A DNA stretch of 64,000 nt from the NCBI GenBank assembly GCA_002688415.1, contig NZCX01000021.1, positions 6,660 to 70,659 of the forward strand, in the 5' to 3' direction. This document shows, one piece after another, positions 18,171-26,478 of this stretch; within the stretch, counting starts at the first letter, position 1; every line of letters begins with the position of its first letter. The notes beneath the pieces were generated by a model. That model saw only the letters and a list, made by a program, of their open reading frames with translations. It had not been told where the DNA came from and did not search any database. This DNA is from Candidatus Pacearchaeota archaeon (GTDB lineage: Archaea; Nanobdellota; Nanobdellia; Pacearchaeales; GW2011-AR1). The position numbers were made by a program, and so were the translations under genes.

Positions 18171-18782
18171 TTAGTGATTTTTCTCCTTTTTAACTCTCAC
18201 TTTTACGCTTTTAAGCATCTTTTTTTTGTTCTCAGTGCTAATATACAGTCTCTTCTTGCCATTTAGCTCTCGTATTTCTTCAATAATTCCAGGATTCTTC
18301 TGTTTTATATTATTTATTTGTCCACGGATAGTACTTTTGTCCTTTCCAAGAATCATACTAACATCCTCATAGCTTAATTTGTTTTCATTATTGAAAAACA
18401 CATATACTATCGCCCTCTCCATCATCGTCAACTGTTCTAAATTGCCTGTTTGAACAGCTGTTTGGACGCCTGTTTGGACAGGGAGCCTGTTTGTTTGTGT
18501 TTGAACAGCTGTTTGGACAAGCTCCTTGGCAGGAGGGATAATCCCAGGATTTAGAAAAGAAATGCTATTTTTCATCTCATCAACTACCACATTAAGGGCA
18601 ACAATATCAGATCTCAACTTTTCTATGTCTGTTTTATAACTTTCGGATTTCACGTCGATATGTTTAATCCAGTCCCCAACTTTTCCAATATCACCCTTCA
18701 CATTTTCAAAAGAATCTTGAACTTCCTTTCGTAGTTTGTCAACTTTCTTTTTACCACCCAAAAAACCAAACATCTTAATCAA
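18171..18782 (-). CDS. Paralogous coiled-coil / VQT low-complexity linker / wHTH protein
   Basis: 203 aa with the same architecture. Linker QTAVQTQTNRLPVQTGVQTAVQTG is encoded by a CAAACAG-type repeat. wHTH block ERAIVYVFFNNENKLSYEDVSMILGKDKSTIRGQINNI. Confidence 0.5.
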   Translation of the reverse strand: MIKMFGFLGGKKKVDKLRKEVQDSFENVKGDIGKVGDWIKHIDVKSESYKTDIEKLRSDIVALNVVVDEMKNSISFLNPGIIPPAKELVQTAVQTQTNRLPVQTGVQTAVQTGNLEQLTMMERAIVYVFFNNENKLSYEDVSMILGKDKSTIRGQINNIKQKNPGIIEEIRELNGKKRLYISTENKKKMLKSVKVRVKKEKNH

Positions 18783-19057
18783 TAAAACACACCTTTACTT
18801 ATAAACCTTTCTGTCTGTTTGGACAGCAAACAGCACACAAACAGCCGTTTAGCCCACACAAGTGCCTAATTTTATGAAAAAATGATAGAAAAATGATTTA
18901 CCGACGGGAAAAATACTGCCACACAGTGATACAAACACCCATCCAAACACCTGTCCACGCCTGTCCAACACGTGAGGGATAAACAAACATTGTCCGTCCA
19001 AAAGCAGAGAAGGCCAACCTCACAAATATTTATAAACAAACAATACCTAAAAAAGAC

Positions 19058-19345
19058 ATGCATTTCAAGCAAAAGGCAACCTATTCTTGGATAATCTCTT
19101 CAGCAGTATTAGCACTCTCTATACTCTTCCCAATAGTCCCATGCCAGACAGGAGCCAATGTGCCAAATGCAATTTATAGCTGGAAAATGTGTCGCCTAAG
19201 TCCAGATCTAATGTGTACAACAGAGCTAAAGACCTTCTTTTTCGGATATACCACCTCAATGACGGAATCTTATCTAATCCTGTTGGTATTAGCACTTCTA
19301 ATTACATTCGGTGCTTTTTCAATATTGACAAGAAAAAAGAATTAA
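19058..19345 (+). CDS. Small secreted/membrane protein, hypothetical
   Basis: 95 aa, N-terminal signal-like hydrophobic stretch and a C-terminal TM. Confidence 0.25.
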   Translation: MHFKQKATYSWIISSAVLALSILFPIVPCQTGANVPNAIYSWKMCRLSPDLMCTTELKTFFFGYTTSMTESYLILLVLALLITFGAFSILTRKKN

Positions 19346-19638
19346 TACACTAAGAGACAAAAATCAGCAACTTACTTAATGTAATGCAAATAAGCTAGAT
19401 TCTACATATAGGCAGAGGCCATTCGCTAGACTTTTCATACTATAAACAACGCAAGTATCCAAGTATCCAATGTCAAACAGAAATCACACAATTAGCCGAC
19501 TAAGATCCTAGCCCAAATCTCGGGAAAACACCCAGTCGCCATATTTAGAAAATACCCATCAGACCACATAACATAGAGCACACAGTATTGACATTCTAAA
19601 TAATCAAAAAACCACAGAAAAACAGATTTTAGAGCTTA

Positions 19639-19663
19639 GTTCGCATAATATACATTGTATGAA
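19639..19663. promoter_or_regulatory. dif-like imperfect palindrome (candidate Xer recombination site)
   Basis: TTCGCATAAT-ATACAT-TGTATGAAG. The left arm matches the bacterial dif XerC arm core CGCATAAT exactly, with a 6-bp AT central region and a partially symmetric right arm. A second arm-like copy TATATGCGAACG lies at 19712-19727. Confidence 0.35.
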
Positions 19664-19736
19664 GTTCTTACTGTACAAAACGAACGAAAATAGCCCGTTC
19701 CCACAAAGTTTTTATATGCGAACGTTCTAAAAGTGG

Positions 19737-20222
19737 GTGATAAAGGAGTGTGACAACTGCAAGCAGGAAAAAGACCATCATGCCAAAGGGCTTTGCTATA
19801 GTTGTTACAAGAAGCTATATTTCAAGCCAAAAATCTTAACCTGCAAGCGATGTAAAAGAAAACTTGCAATACATGCTAAGGGATTATGCGCTGGTTGTTA
19901 CAACTACACATTTCACCAAGACAAAAACAAGGCATATCAACAGCGGAAAAAGAACAAAATTAGCATAAAAACATACCAAAAAACAACTGAAAAGTGTGTA
20001 ATCTGTGGTTTTGACAAGGTAGTGGACATTCATCATCTCGACGCCAACAAGAAGAATAATGCAGAAAGCAACCTAATAGGCCTTTGCCCGAATCACCACA
20101 GGATGATTAACAACTATAAATACAAGTTTGAAGTGTTTGCTGAACTTGCAAAGCTAGGATACAGGCTCCCAATCAGTGAAAAAGTAGATTATCATTCACT
20201 ATCTAGCCAAAAAGCACAATAG
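19737..20222 (+). CDS. Zinc-ribbon repeat protein with C-terminal HNH endonuclease domain
   Basis: Two CxxC...HAKGLC..CY zinc-ribbon repeats, then the HNH motif CVICGFDKVVDIHHLDANKKNNAESNLIGLCPNHHRMI. Confidence 0.7.
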   Translation: MIKECDNCKQEKDHHAKGLCYSCYKKLYFKPKILTCKRCKRKLAIHAKGLCAGCYNYTFHQDKNKAYQQRKKNKISIKTYQKTTEKCVICGFDKVVDIHHLDANKKNNAESNLIGLCPNHHRMINNYKYKFEVFAELAKLGYRLPISEKVDYHSLSSQKAQ

Positions 20223-20662
20223 TTTACATTAGCAAGTGCATCCTTTCTGTTAAATGATTGATCTATAGATGATATCTTTTCTACTTAGACAAAAAAGTAC
20301 TCTTGAGACGCTTTAATCAGCCAAATCAACCATTAAAGTATAGATTAGCTAAACTTTATGAAATAAGTTCGTACAACCACAATAAACTACCTTACAAGAA
20401 AAAGAAAAGTGAGAGTTAGAATAGCTTAAAAAATTAGAAAAGTGAGTTTGGCAACAAATCCCTACAAAAAAAGAGAAAAATGAGGGTTAAAATTAAAGCA
20501 ATAAATAGAAGAAAAAGATTATCTCCACCGACGATAAAATCCAAGCAAACGAGTGGGGCGAATCTTCCAGATTAAACCAAAAGATCAATAGGCCGCTACA
20601 CCGAATAACTCCATAAAGACAAGACATAAGTTTAAATAGAAGTTCGCACAATATCTAAAGAG

Positions 20663-21496
20663 GTGAAGATGGATAAAGGCCAATTTTTAGAGATTATTGA
20701 AACAGAATTGTCAATTTCTAAGCACTCACCATACACAATTAGGAATTACCTAGACGCCAATGCTAAGCTATTAGACTTTATACAAAAGGATCCTGAAAAT
20801 ATAACGTCTGAAGACGTAAAGACCTACATGGTAAAAAACCTCCAAGATTCCAAGGCAAGTTCTGTAATCCTTTTTTTGGCCGCAATCAAGTTTGCTTATA
20901 CCCTAGCTGTCAAGAGAGATATCACAATTTCAATAAAACGTCCAAAAAGGGAAAAAATATTGCCGACAGTTCTATCTAAACGAGAGGTAAAACTTCTCCT
21001 TAATGCGATTCCAAATCAAAAGTCCAAACTAATTCTATCAATAATTTACGCTTGTGGGATGAGGGTGTCTGAATTAACAAACCTAAGGATTAAGGATCTA
21101 AACTTCAATGAAAATATAGGACACATAAAACAATCAAAAGGAAAAAAAGACAGAATTTTCAATATACCCTCATTTTTGGAAGAAGATCTTCAGAGTCAAA
21201 CAAAACGACAAAAAGAACTCGGGATGGAATTCTTGTTTACGGGGCCAAAAGGTAAGCTTTCAACAAGGAACATCCAAAAGATAGTCAAAAAAGCTGCACA
21301 AAAGGCTAATCTCTCAGACGAAGTTCATACACACACTTTGCGTCATTCATTTGCAACACATTTATTAGAAAATGAAGTAGACATTAGAAAAATACAGAAA
21401 CTTTTAGGGCACAGTTCAATATCTACAACCGAAATTTATACACATCTTTCCACGCAGGAGCTAAAAAAGATTAAATCTCCAATAGATAGCTTATAA
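20663..21496 (+). CDS. xerA: Tyrosine site-specific recombinase, XerA/XerC/XerD-like
   Basis: 277 aa. Catalytic box HTLRHSFATHLLENEVDIRKIQKLLGHSSISTTEIYTHL (HxxR...H...Y) and an N-terminal SAM-like core-binding domain. Confidence 0.85.
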   Translation: MKMDKGQFLEIIETELSISKHSPYTIRNYLDANAKLLDFIQKDPENITSEDVKTYMVKNLQDSKASSVILFLAAIKFAYTLAVKRDITISIKRPKREKILPTVLSKREVKLLLNAIPNQKSKLILSIIYACGMRVSELTNLRIKDLNFNENIGHIKQSKGKKDRIFNIPSFLEEDLQSQTKRQKELGMEFLFTGPKGKLSTRNIQKIVKKAAQKANLSDEVHTHTLRHSFATHLLENEVDIRKIQKLLGHSSISTTEIYTHLSTQELKKIKSPIDSL

Positions 21497-21507
21497 AAAA
21501 TAGTAAA

Positions 21508-22353
21508 TCAAGAACAGCGAAAATCTCCATCAACAATCTTTTGAATAATGCGCTTCCTTTCGCCCGGCTTCATGCCTTTATATGCAGGAATGAGCCCCTT
21601 ATGTATTCTCTCGTCAAATAGTTGATAGCTTTGTTCGGCGCTAAGGTCAAGAAGTCCATTGGCAACAGCATCTCTTTGAGACAGAGGAACCTCACGCACA
21701 AAAGCGCATATGCTACCAAGAACTTGCGCAAATTCGTAAGGGATATGATGCGAGGAGGAATGATTTGAAATGTCAGACAACAGCTGCGAAGGGTCATCGC
21801 TAGAAGATAAAAGACTTACCAAATTTGGAAACGCAGAAAACAATTGTAGATTACCTTTACTGTTCATAGATATCAACTTCTCTAATGTTTCTATCGCGAC
21901 GGTCGTATCTTGAGGGAATCGCTTAACCTTCTTATAAAATTCACCAACATTCTTCAGATCAACAACTCCAAGTCTGTTTAACTCAATAACATCGTAATAG
22001 TCTTTTTCTCTAAGTGGATCCATGGCACAAGTTTTAGATGCAACGATAAAATCTCCATTCATGAAGTAGTATTTTGTTCCATCGATCACAGTAGAGTCAT
22101 AGTTGGCAAGCGCTTCTTCTTGGGAAACAGAAAAACAGCTAAAAATATTATTTGGAGTACACGAGTGGACAGGATACTTTTCCCCATCAAGAGCCATAAT
22201 ATCAAAGTCAGAGATTTGTCGCCTATTTGCACTATTTTCTTTTTCTTGGTGTAGCCTAACCGCGGTACCACCAAGAAATAAATATTTCATACCGGAATTT
22301 TCCATTTGAGGATGCTTTCTCGTAAATTCTGCGAGACTAGTTAAGTCTTCCAT
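21508..22353 (-). CDS. Hypothetical protein, possible nucleotidyltransferase-fold
   Basis: 281 aa. LFLGGTAVRLH...ISDFDIMA resembles the NTase GS-x(n)-DxD signature; otherwise unannotatable. Confidence 0.3.
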   Translation of the reverse strand: MEDLTSLAEFTRKHPQMENSGMKYLFLGGTAVRLHQEKENSANRRQISDFDIMALDGEKYPVHSCTPNNIFSCFSVSQEEALANYDSTVIDGTKYYFMNGDFIVASKTCAMDPLREKDYYDVIELNRLGVVDLKNVGEFYKKVKRFPQDTTVAIETLEKLISMNSKGNLQLFSAFPNLVSLLSSSDDPSQLLSDISNHSSSHHIPYEFAQVLGSICAFVREVPLSQRDAVANGLLDLSAEQSYQLFDERIHKGLIPAYKGMKPGERKRIIQKIVDGDFRCS

Positions 22354-22433
22354 TCATTTTTTACAATAATTTCTTATTTAAACCTTTCGATTATGTAACC
22401 CTTATAGAATAACAACAATGCAGCTAGGAGTAT

Positions 22434-22835
22434 CTATCTGAAAGAGGTCTGTCTCATTGCTCGTGCTTTAGAATCCCCTGGCTTACAGGTCTCTTTCCTT
22501 CGAGTGTCTGCAATCAGTAGAGTTCTATCATAGCTGATAAACGCTCTCTTAACATCCTCATTCTTTGTAAACTCAACAATTGCTCTAGAAATAGCCAATC
22601 TACTGGCCTGTATTTGTCCAGAAACTCCACCGCCCTTCACATTAACAGAAATATCAAAGTTTAATTTGCCCAAGACATCATTCGCGATAATAATCGGCTC
22701 ACTCACTTCTAGCTGTAATAGATGTGGATAGCTAGAAATTGGTTTCTTATTAATTGTAATTTTTCCTGTCCCATCAACAATAGTAGCTTTAGCAATAGCC
22801 TCCTTTCTTTTTCCAGTCACAACAAGGTTATTCAT
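22434..22835 (-). CDS. rps9: Ribosomal protein uS9
   Basis: 133 aa, C-terminal ...KPGDSKARAMRQTSFR. Position after uL13 in the conserved cluster. Confidence 0.9.
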   Translation of the reverse strand: MNNLVVTGKRKEAIAKATIVDGTGKITINKKPISSYPHLLQLEVSEPIIIANDVLGKLNFDISVNVKGGGVSGQIQASRLAISRAIVEFTKNEDVKRAFISYDRTLLIADTRRKETCKPGDSKARAMRQTSFR

Positions 22836-23245
22836 TTCAATGCCTCCACAATTTCTTTCATATAACTATATTTCATTGGCTTTCTATGCTTAAACTTCTT
22901 AGCAGCTTTCAATTCATCCTCTTTAAAGCCACTCTCTCCATCATAACACTTTAGCCTCCTGTGTGCGTCTCGTCCCTTTGCCCTATCCCATGGAAGCATT
23001 CCCCTTATAATTCTCTTAACTAATCTATCTGGTTGCCTGATATAGATGGGGCCTTTCAAAGAACTACCCTGCCCCATTTTTCTTTTTTGTTTAATCCTGT
23101 CTACAAAAACTTTTTTCTTTCCAGAAACAATAAGCTTCTCGCAATTAACCAGATCAACAAATTTTCCTTTCAAAAGCTCTTTAGCAACGAAGCTGCCAAC
23201 CCTTCCAAGAATTCCTTCAGAACCATCCACAATGATCTTAACCAT
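22832..23245 (-). CDS. rpl13: Ribosomal protein uL13
   Basis: 137 aa, conserved uL13 N-terminal region; cluster context. Confidence 0.9.
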   Translation of the reverse strand: MVKIIVDGSEGILGRVGSFVAKELLKGKFVDLVNCEKLIVSGKKKVFVDRIKQKRKMGQGSSLKGPIYIRQPDRLVKRIIRGMLPWDRAKGRDAHRRLKCYDGESGFKEDELKAAKKFKHRKPMKYSYMKEIVEALK

Positions 23246-23607
23246 TATCTAATAACCATCAAGCCGTTTAATTCTGGATTTTTCTTAATTTCTTCTTGAA
23301 GAGATATAAAGCTGCCCTTCGATTCCTTAATTTTTTCAATAGCCCTATCGCTAGCACTCCATGCAACAATCTTTTTAGGACTCTCTAGGTCTCCAGCACT
23401 CAATATCTTACCACAAACAAGAGTATCACCTTCAACGTGGGAAAGATCCTTAAGGTTAATCGCCGGCCATCTCCTTTTGGGCTTAGCTAGTTCTTTAGCA
23501 ACTTCAGGATTAGTTCTTTTTAACTTAATGATAGTTTCAACTAGAAAAGGATCTTTTTTCCTTTGTATTCTCTTCTCAATCTTTGTTTTGCTTATTTTTC
23601 TTTCCAT
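23245..23607 (-). CDS. rpl18e: Ribosomal protein eL18
   Basis: 120 aa; conserved archaeal order tRNA-eL18-uL13-uS9. Confidence 0.8.
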   Translation of the reverse strand: MERKISKTKIEKRIQRKKDPFLVETIIKLKRTNPEVAKELAKPKRRWPAINLKDLSHVEGDTLVCGKILSAGDLESPKKIVAWSASDRAIEKIKESKGSFISLQEEIKKNPELNGLMVIR

Positions 23608-23614
23608 TTTTTCT

Positions 23615-23697
23615 TATGATCAAATGAGGGAAGGAGGATTCGAACCCCCGTAGGCAAAAACCAATGCGCCCTTAACGCATCCCGTTTGACCGCTCCG
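23615..23697 (-). tRNA. tRNA, class II (long variable arm), probably tRNA-Leu
   Basis: Revcomp folds as acceptor GAGGGAA/UUCCCUC, a 3-bp D-stem with large D-loop, anticodon stem AUGCG/CGCAU with loop UUAAGGG, variable arm about 14 nt, and T-arm GGGGG-UUCGAAU-CCUCC. Anticodon reads AAG as sequenced. CCA is not encoded. Confidence 0.7.
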
Positions 23698-23784
23698 GCA
23701 TTCCCTCGTTCTATGTGGGAAACTTTTAATCTAAGTATCAATTCGCAAATTCAAATTGCGAACATAAAAGCAGCTCATATATAA

Positions 23785-24492
23785 TTATTTGAGCGCTTTC
23801 AAAACAGCATCTAATTCGCCCTTCAGAGTTTCAGCTGCGCTTGTGAATATCTCTCCAACTTTCATTTGGCCCCAAGATTCAATAACAAATACCAAATCAT
23901 TTCCAAAGCTAATTTCGATCCCAGGGTATTTCTCAACATCTTCATTATCTAAAACACATTTCCAAGCGTCCTTAACCTTCAATTTGTCTTTAAACTCAAA
24001 AACTTCAGGATAATTTTCTGCAAGTTCAAGAAGCGCTTCTCCTTCCTTGCCAATCTTTATTGTAGGGTATTGTCTATAAAACATAAGGCCAGGTGTAAAC
24101 TTAGAATGTTCTCTGCCAGTCCCAACACCAGCACGGGCAACAACTTCCAAGGTTTGTCCATTTTCCAATAGAACAATTGGCATATCCGGGTAAATAACAC
24201 TATCTCCCAATTCTCCGCTCTCAACAATAATACTTTCTTCTTTCCCAGCTTTTTTCTTAAGTTTTAATTCTAAAACCTCACCTTTCTTGAGCTTTTGATT
24301 TTTTAAAGGGAGAAGGCCTAATCTGTGTGCAATTATTTCATCGTAGAGAACACTGTCATTTTTATAAACATCACATTCCGCAATAGCTAAAACAGGTATA
24401 TCCATAACAGATCTTCGAAGGGCATTTGCTAAACTAATATCTAAATTAGCCTTCCAAACCATCTTGTCATTGTTTTTTTCTATAAGTTCCAT
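23785..24492 (-). CDS. rpoD: DNA-directed RNA polymerase subunit D (Rpo3)
   Basis: 235 aa, conserved RpoD N-terminal region; standard position after uS11. Confidence 0.85.
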   Translation of the reverse strand: MELIEKNNDKMVWKANLDISLANALRRSVMDIPVLAIAECDVYKNDSVLYDEIIAHRLGLLPLKNQKLKKGEVLELKLKKKAGKEESIIVESGELGDSVIYPDMPIVLLENGQTLEVVARAGVGTGREHSKFTPGLMFYRQYPTIKIGKEGEALLELAENYPEVFEFKDKLKVKDAWKCVLDNEDVEKYPGIEISFGNDLVFVIESWGQMKVGEIFTSAAETLKGELDAVLKALK

Positions 24493-24522
24493 ATTATTAA
24501 TTTTGATTTCGAGTTTTTAAGT

Positions 24523-24912
24523 CTATACTCTACGTCCTCTCCGACCTCCTTTCTTCTTTGGGCCACCACGGGGGATCTTAGTAACATCACTGATGCTCCT
24601 AATCCTAATACCTTCTTTCGTTAGTGTTTTGATGATTGCGTTTGCTCCTGGCCCGATTCCAGTTGCACCTGTTTGACCACGCATTCGAACTTCAAGATTC
24701 GTAACCTTATAATCCCTACACATTTCCTGAATTCTCTTCGCTATAAACATAGCAATAGTTGGATTAGCTTTCATTCTATTGTGTTTTGTAACAAGGCCGC
24801 CAGTAACCTTCCCAATAGTATTCCCGGCCAGATCATTCAAGCTAACAACAGTATTATTGAAACTAGCATAAATATTCAAAACAAAAACGTTATCCTTGAT
24901 GTCTTTAGCCAT
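24523..24912 (-). CDS. rps11: Ribosomal protein uS11
   Basis: 129 aa, C-terminal GIRIRSISDVTKIPRGGPKKKGGRRGRRV. Confidence 0.9.
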   Translation of the reverse strand: MAKDIKDNVFVLNIYASFNNTVVSLNDLAGNTIGKVTGGLVTKHNRMKANPTIAMFIAKRIQEMCRDYKVTNLEVRMRGQTGATGIGPGANAIIKTLTKEGIRIRSISDVTKIPRGGPKKKGGRRGRRV

Positions 24913-25466
24913 TATTCTTTAGCCTCCAATGCAGCTTCTTCTTTTACTTCCTCTGCCGGTTTTTCTTCAGCTGTTTCTTCAACGGGAGCAGCTTCTTTAA
25001 CCGGTTTTATCTTCTTGGGCCTAACTTCTATTTGCCCCTCCAATTCTTTAGTAACCCAAAAAGATGGGCTATTAACAACAGAGCCATTGACTAAAACATA
25101 TTTGTGAACTACTAGCTGTCTTGCCTGCTTTACTGTCCCAGCCATTTTCTTCTTAAATAATATTGTTTGGAGTCTTCTGTCGAGTATGTCCTTCTCATTT
25201 AAACCAAGGACTCCAGAGATATCTTTTACGGCAATACCTTTTTTGTTTAACTTTTCTATGAGTTTCTGCTTTTCTTCATCAGGCTTACTAATTAAATCCT
25301 TAGCCCTTTTTCTCAACTTACTCGTAACGCTTTTTGCCTTCCAGATCTCTCTTTTATTCTTAAGCCCATATTCACTAACAATCTTATTCTCTTGATCGAT
25401 TCGTTCTCTATCAAAAAGATTTCTTGGTCTATCATAGCTTTTTCTTTTTCTTTTTATATCTCCCAT
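24912..25466 (-). CDS. rps4: Ribosomal protein uS4
   Basis: Start chosen at the internal Met (MGDIKRKRKSYDRP...). This matches the canonical uS4 N-terminus and removes the 29-nt overlap with uS13 present in the longest ORF (24912..25496). Confidence 0.85.
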   Translation of the reverse strand: MGDIKRKRKSYDRPRNLFDRERIDQENKIVSEYGLKNKREIWKAKSVTSKLRKRAKDLISKPDEEKQKLIEKLNKKGIAVKDISGVLGLNEKDILDRRLQTILFKKKMAGTVKQARQLVVHKYVLVNGSVVNSPSFWVTKELEGQIEVRPKKIKPVKEAAPVEETAEEKPAEEVKEEAALEAKE

Positions 25467-25467
25467 C

Positions 25468-25932
25468 TTATTTCTTTTTAACCCCCGTGACACCACTTTT
25501 CTTTCTATTTTTTCTAAAATTAGCCTTAGTTCTTTGTCCTCTAACCGGCAGACTATTCATATGTCGAACACCCTTATAGGATCTTATCTTCTTAAGCCTC
25601 TTAAGATCAAATTCTTTTTCTAATTTTAAATCTGCGCCATTCATATGCTTATCTTCCCCAGTCTCAAAATCCTTTTGTCTATTTTTCATAAATCCAGGAA
25701 CTTCAGGATTATCGATAAAGCCCTCAATCTTGGAAATCTCTTCTTTGCTCAATTCACCAATTCTTTTTTCCACGCTAATTCCAAGAACTTTGCATAAAGC
25801 ATTCCCAAGAGACCATGAAACTCCTTTGATCTTTTGAAGCCCAACTAAGACTTGTTTACCAGAAAGTATGTCACTACCTTTAATCCTGATTAGTCTTTCA
25901 TGCTCTTCCATTTTTTCTTTTGTTTTTTCCAT
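25468..25932 (-). CDS. rps13: Ribosomal protein uS13
   Basis: 154 aa, C-terminal GVRHMNSLPVRGQRTKANFRKNRK. Confidence 0.9.
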   Translation of the reverse strand: MEKTKEKMEEHERLIRIKGSDILSGKQVLVGLQKIKGVSWSLGNALCKVLGISVEKRIGELSKEEISKIEGFIDNPEVPGFMKNRQKDFETGEDKHMNGADLKLEKEFDLKRLKKIRSYKGVRHMNSLPVRGQRTKANFRKNRKKSGVTGVKKK

Positions 25933-25933
25933 A

Positions 25934-26470
25934 TTATGAAATAAATAAGTTATATCTCTGCATCGTCGTCAATTCTTCCAATATTCTTTTCTCAACGCCC
26001 CTTATAGGGTCCGGAATATTCGAAACACGATTCTTAATGTCTTCCACGCTTTCAAATGGTTTTTCTTCTCTTGCAGCCAAAATAGCCGTAGTGTGTTTTT
26101 TACCAAAGCCTGGGAGTAATTCAATCTGGTGAAGTCGGGTATTTATAGGTTGTGATTCATTAAAGAACTTAATTACCTTTTCAGAATCTTCGGCCATCTT
26201 CTTCTCAACAAATTCTTCCAATTGGATTTTTGAAGTTTCAGTTAACTTTTCACGAGGGCATCTACCTAAAATATATTGAACCTTGTCTCGCTTATCTTCT
26301 CCGATATAGACTTCCTCTCCAACTTCAAACTTAATTCCTCTTCGGGGAACAAGCAATAGGAGAGTAAAATTTTCCTTACCAATAGACTGAGCCACTGGAA
26401 GCATTTTCTTTTCTAAAGGATCTCCGTAAGGAAGGAAGTCTAATATTAGTGCGTTTTCTTCTCTTGCCAT
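25934..26470 (-). CDS. COG1491-like nucleic-acid-binding protein with helix-hairpin-helix motif
   Basis: 178 aa, HhH LPGFGKKHTTAILAAR. Archaeal gene-order context next to RpoF/eL21. Confidence 0.5.
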   Translation of the reverse strand: MAREENALILDFLPYGDPLEKKMLPVAQSIGKENFTLLLLVPRRGIKFEVGEEVYIGEDKRDKVQYILGRCPREKLTETSKIQLEEFVEKKMAEDSEKVIKFFNESQPINTRLHQIELLPGFGKKHTTAILAAREEKPFESVEDIKNRVSNIPDPIRGVEKRILEELTTMQRYNLFIS

Positions 26471-26478
26471 TTTCTAAA

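Noticed and set aside
22354-22433. Expected rpoN/rpoK after uS9
   Set aside because: Only 80 bp of non-coding DNA before the next (unrelated) gene; no ORF of suitable size.
24912-25496. uS4 ORF as given, overlapping uS13 by 29 nt
   Set aside because: The internal Met (MGDIKRKRK...) reproduces the canonical uS4 N-terminus and removes the overlap, so the longer form is probably not translated.
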